Source: Marsupella aquatica
Lineage: Eukaryota > Plantae > Marchantiophyta
Direction of reading: 5' to 3'
Assembly: GCA_973895155.1 (NCBI GenBank)
Contig: OZ316895.1
Coordinates: 5,521,181-5,585,180, forward strand
Length of the DNA stretch: 64,000 nt
Shown: positions 63,137 to 64,000 of the stretch, in pieces
Layout of the letters: each line of letters starts with the position of its first letter
Numbering within the stretch: position 1 is the stretch's first letter
Position numbers and translations under genes: made by a program
The notes under the pieces: generated by a model
What the model saw: the letters and a program-made list of their open reading frames with translations, nothing else
Database searches by the model: none
Told to the model about the DNA's origin: nothing

Positions 63137-64000
63137 TTACGTAGGTTTGAGTAGCTGCAGTTGAGTTGGATTCTGAGAGATGTGGAAGAGCTGAGGTTTA
63201 TCAGGACTTTCCATGAACTCCATACGAAGATTCGTTCGGCGATGGTACCTGCTTAGGGAAGCCTACTCCCTGCGATTGAAAGGTCAACTCTAAAACCCAA
63301 CCGAGGCCCGAGGTTCTTCATTGTGTCTACATTACTCTGTAACGCAGCTGTTGCTGTGAACCTCCTCACACCGGAAGTCCGATATTCAACTGACATGACG
63401 TTCGAAATGTCTTTTGCAGGGAGTTTGTACGCGGATATGATCCTTGACTTCCAATCGGATATCTCCGCTTCCAATCGGATGGAATTCGATATGTTTTGCT
63501 TCGATGAAAATTCAGGTGTTGGCTCCGAGGCTTGTGCTCCAATTGCGGGTTTGACCAACGACTGAATAGAAAACTCACAGTTTCTATATTGTACCTTTGT
63601 AAATGTGGGAAATCTAACGCAGCAAATGCAAATTCTTGTTAGGCCAGGAGGAAGCTTATATTATAGCGAGGTGTCGTTGTCGGATCCGGGAACTGCAGTG
63701 TTGGCATCCGATATGAGGAACCCGGTATGACAGCCCGAGGTGTCTGCATAGGTCGAACCTCAAACAAGAGAACTGGGTGGAGCAAGTTGTTGCGGGAAAA
63801 GGCTTGGCAATATTGAGGAAAAGATCAATTGTAGAGAAAAGGATCAAGGATCAATTTTTTGACGTGAATGGAGAGACGTCAAATGACTCCGTGATGTTGC
63901 TCTTGCCAAGGATTTGATACCAGCAATCGAAAGTCGATGAATGAATGAATGACTTGTTTAAGATACAGACCAGGAGTGGCAAAACTGGCCCTCAAATCTT

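Overview
Eukaryotic, intron-rich land-plant nuclear DNA. Gene style, an intron-containing LHCII gene and a bacterial-type AI-2E permease suggest a bryophyte, possibly a liverwort (inference). Six protein-coding genes can be built from splice sites and recognisable motifs: ER HSP70-17/GRP170 (-, 13434-19087), mitochondrial heme chaperone CcmE (+, 22845-25327), an AI-2E family permease (+, ~33271-37908), a major LHCII chlorophyll a/b-binding protein (-, 46277-47246), an intronless plastid-targeted ORF that appears to fuse an OCP3-like module to a SnoaL/NTF2-like domain (-, 55330-56607), and DEAD-box helicase RH57/DDX52 (+, 59143-63136). Intergenic DNA holds MITEs (hAT-like with 8-bp TSD, PIF/Tourist-like with TAA TSD, two long-TIR Mutator-like), SINE-like relics and many minisatellites. 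The most notable observations are a U12-type intron in RH57 whose homology-predicted 3' end is GG, the OCP3-like/SnoaL fusion, a ~6.2-kb foldback-like structure with 60-bp-repeat arms, and a 6 x ~230-bp array downstream of an unexplained spliced-looking minus-strand segment. All homology calls come from recalled motifs, not database searches. Exon borders were read by eye.
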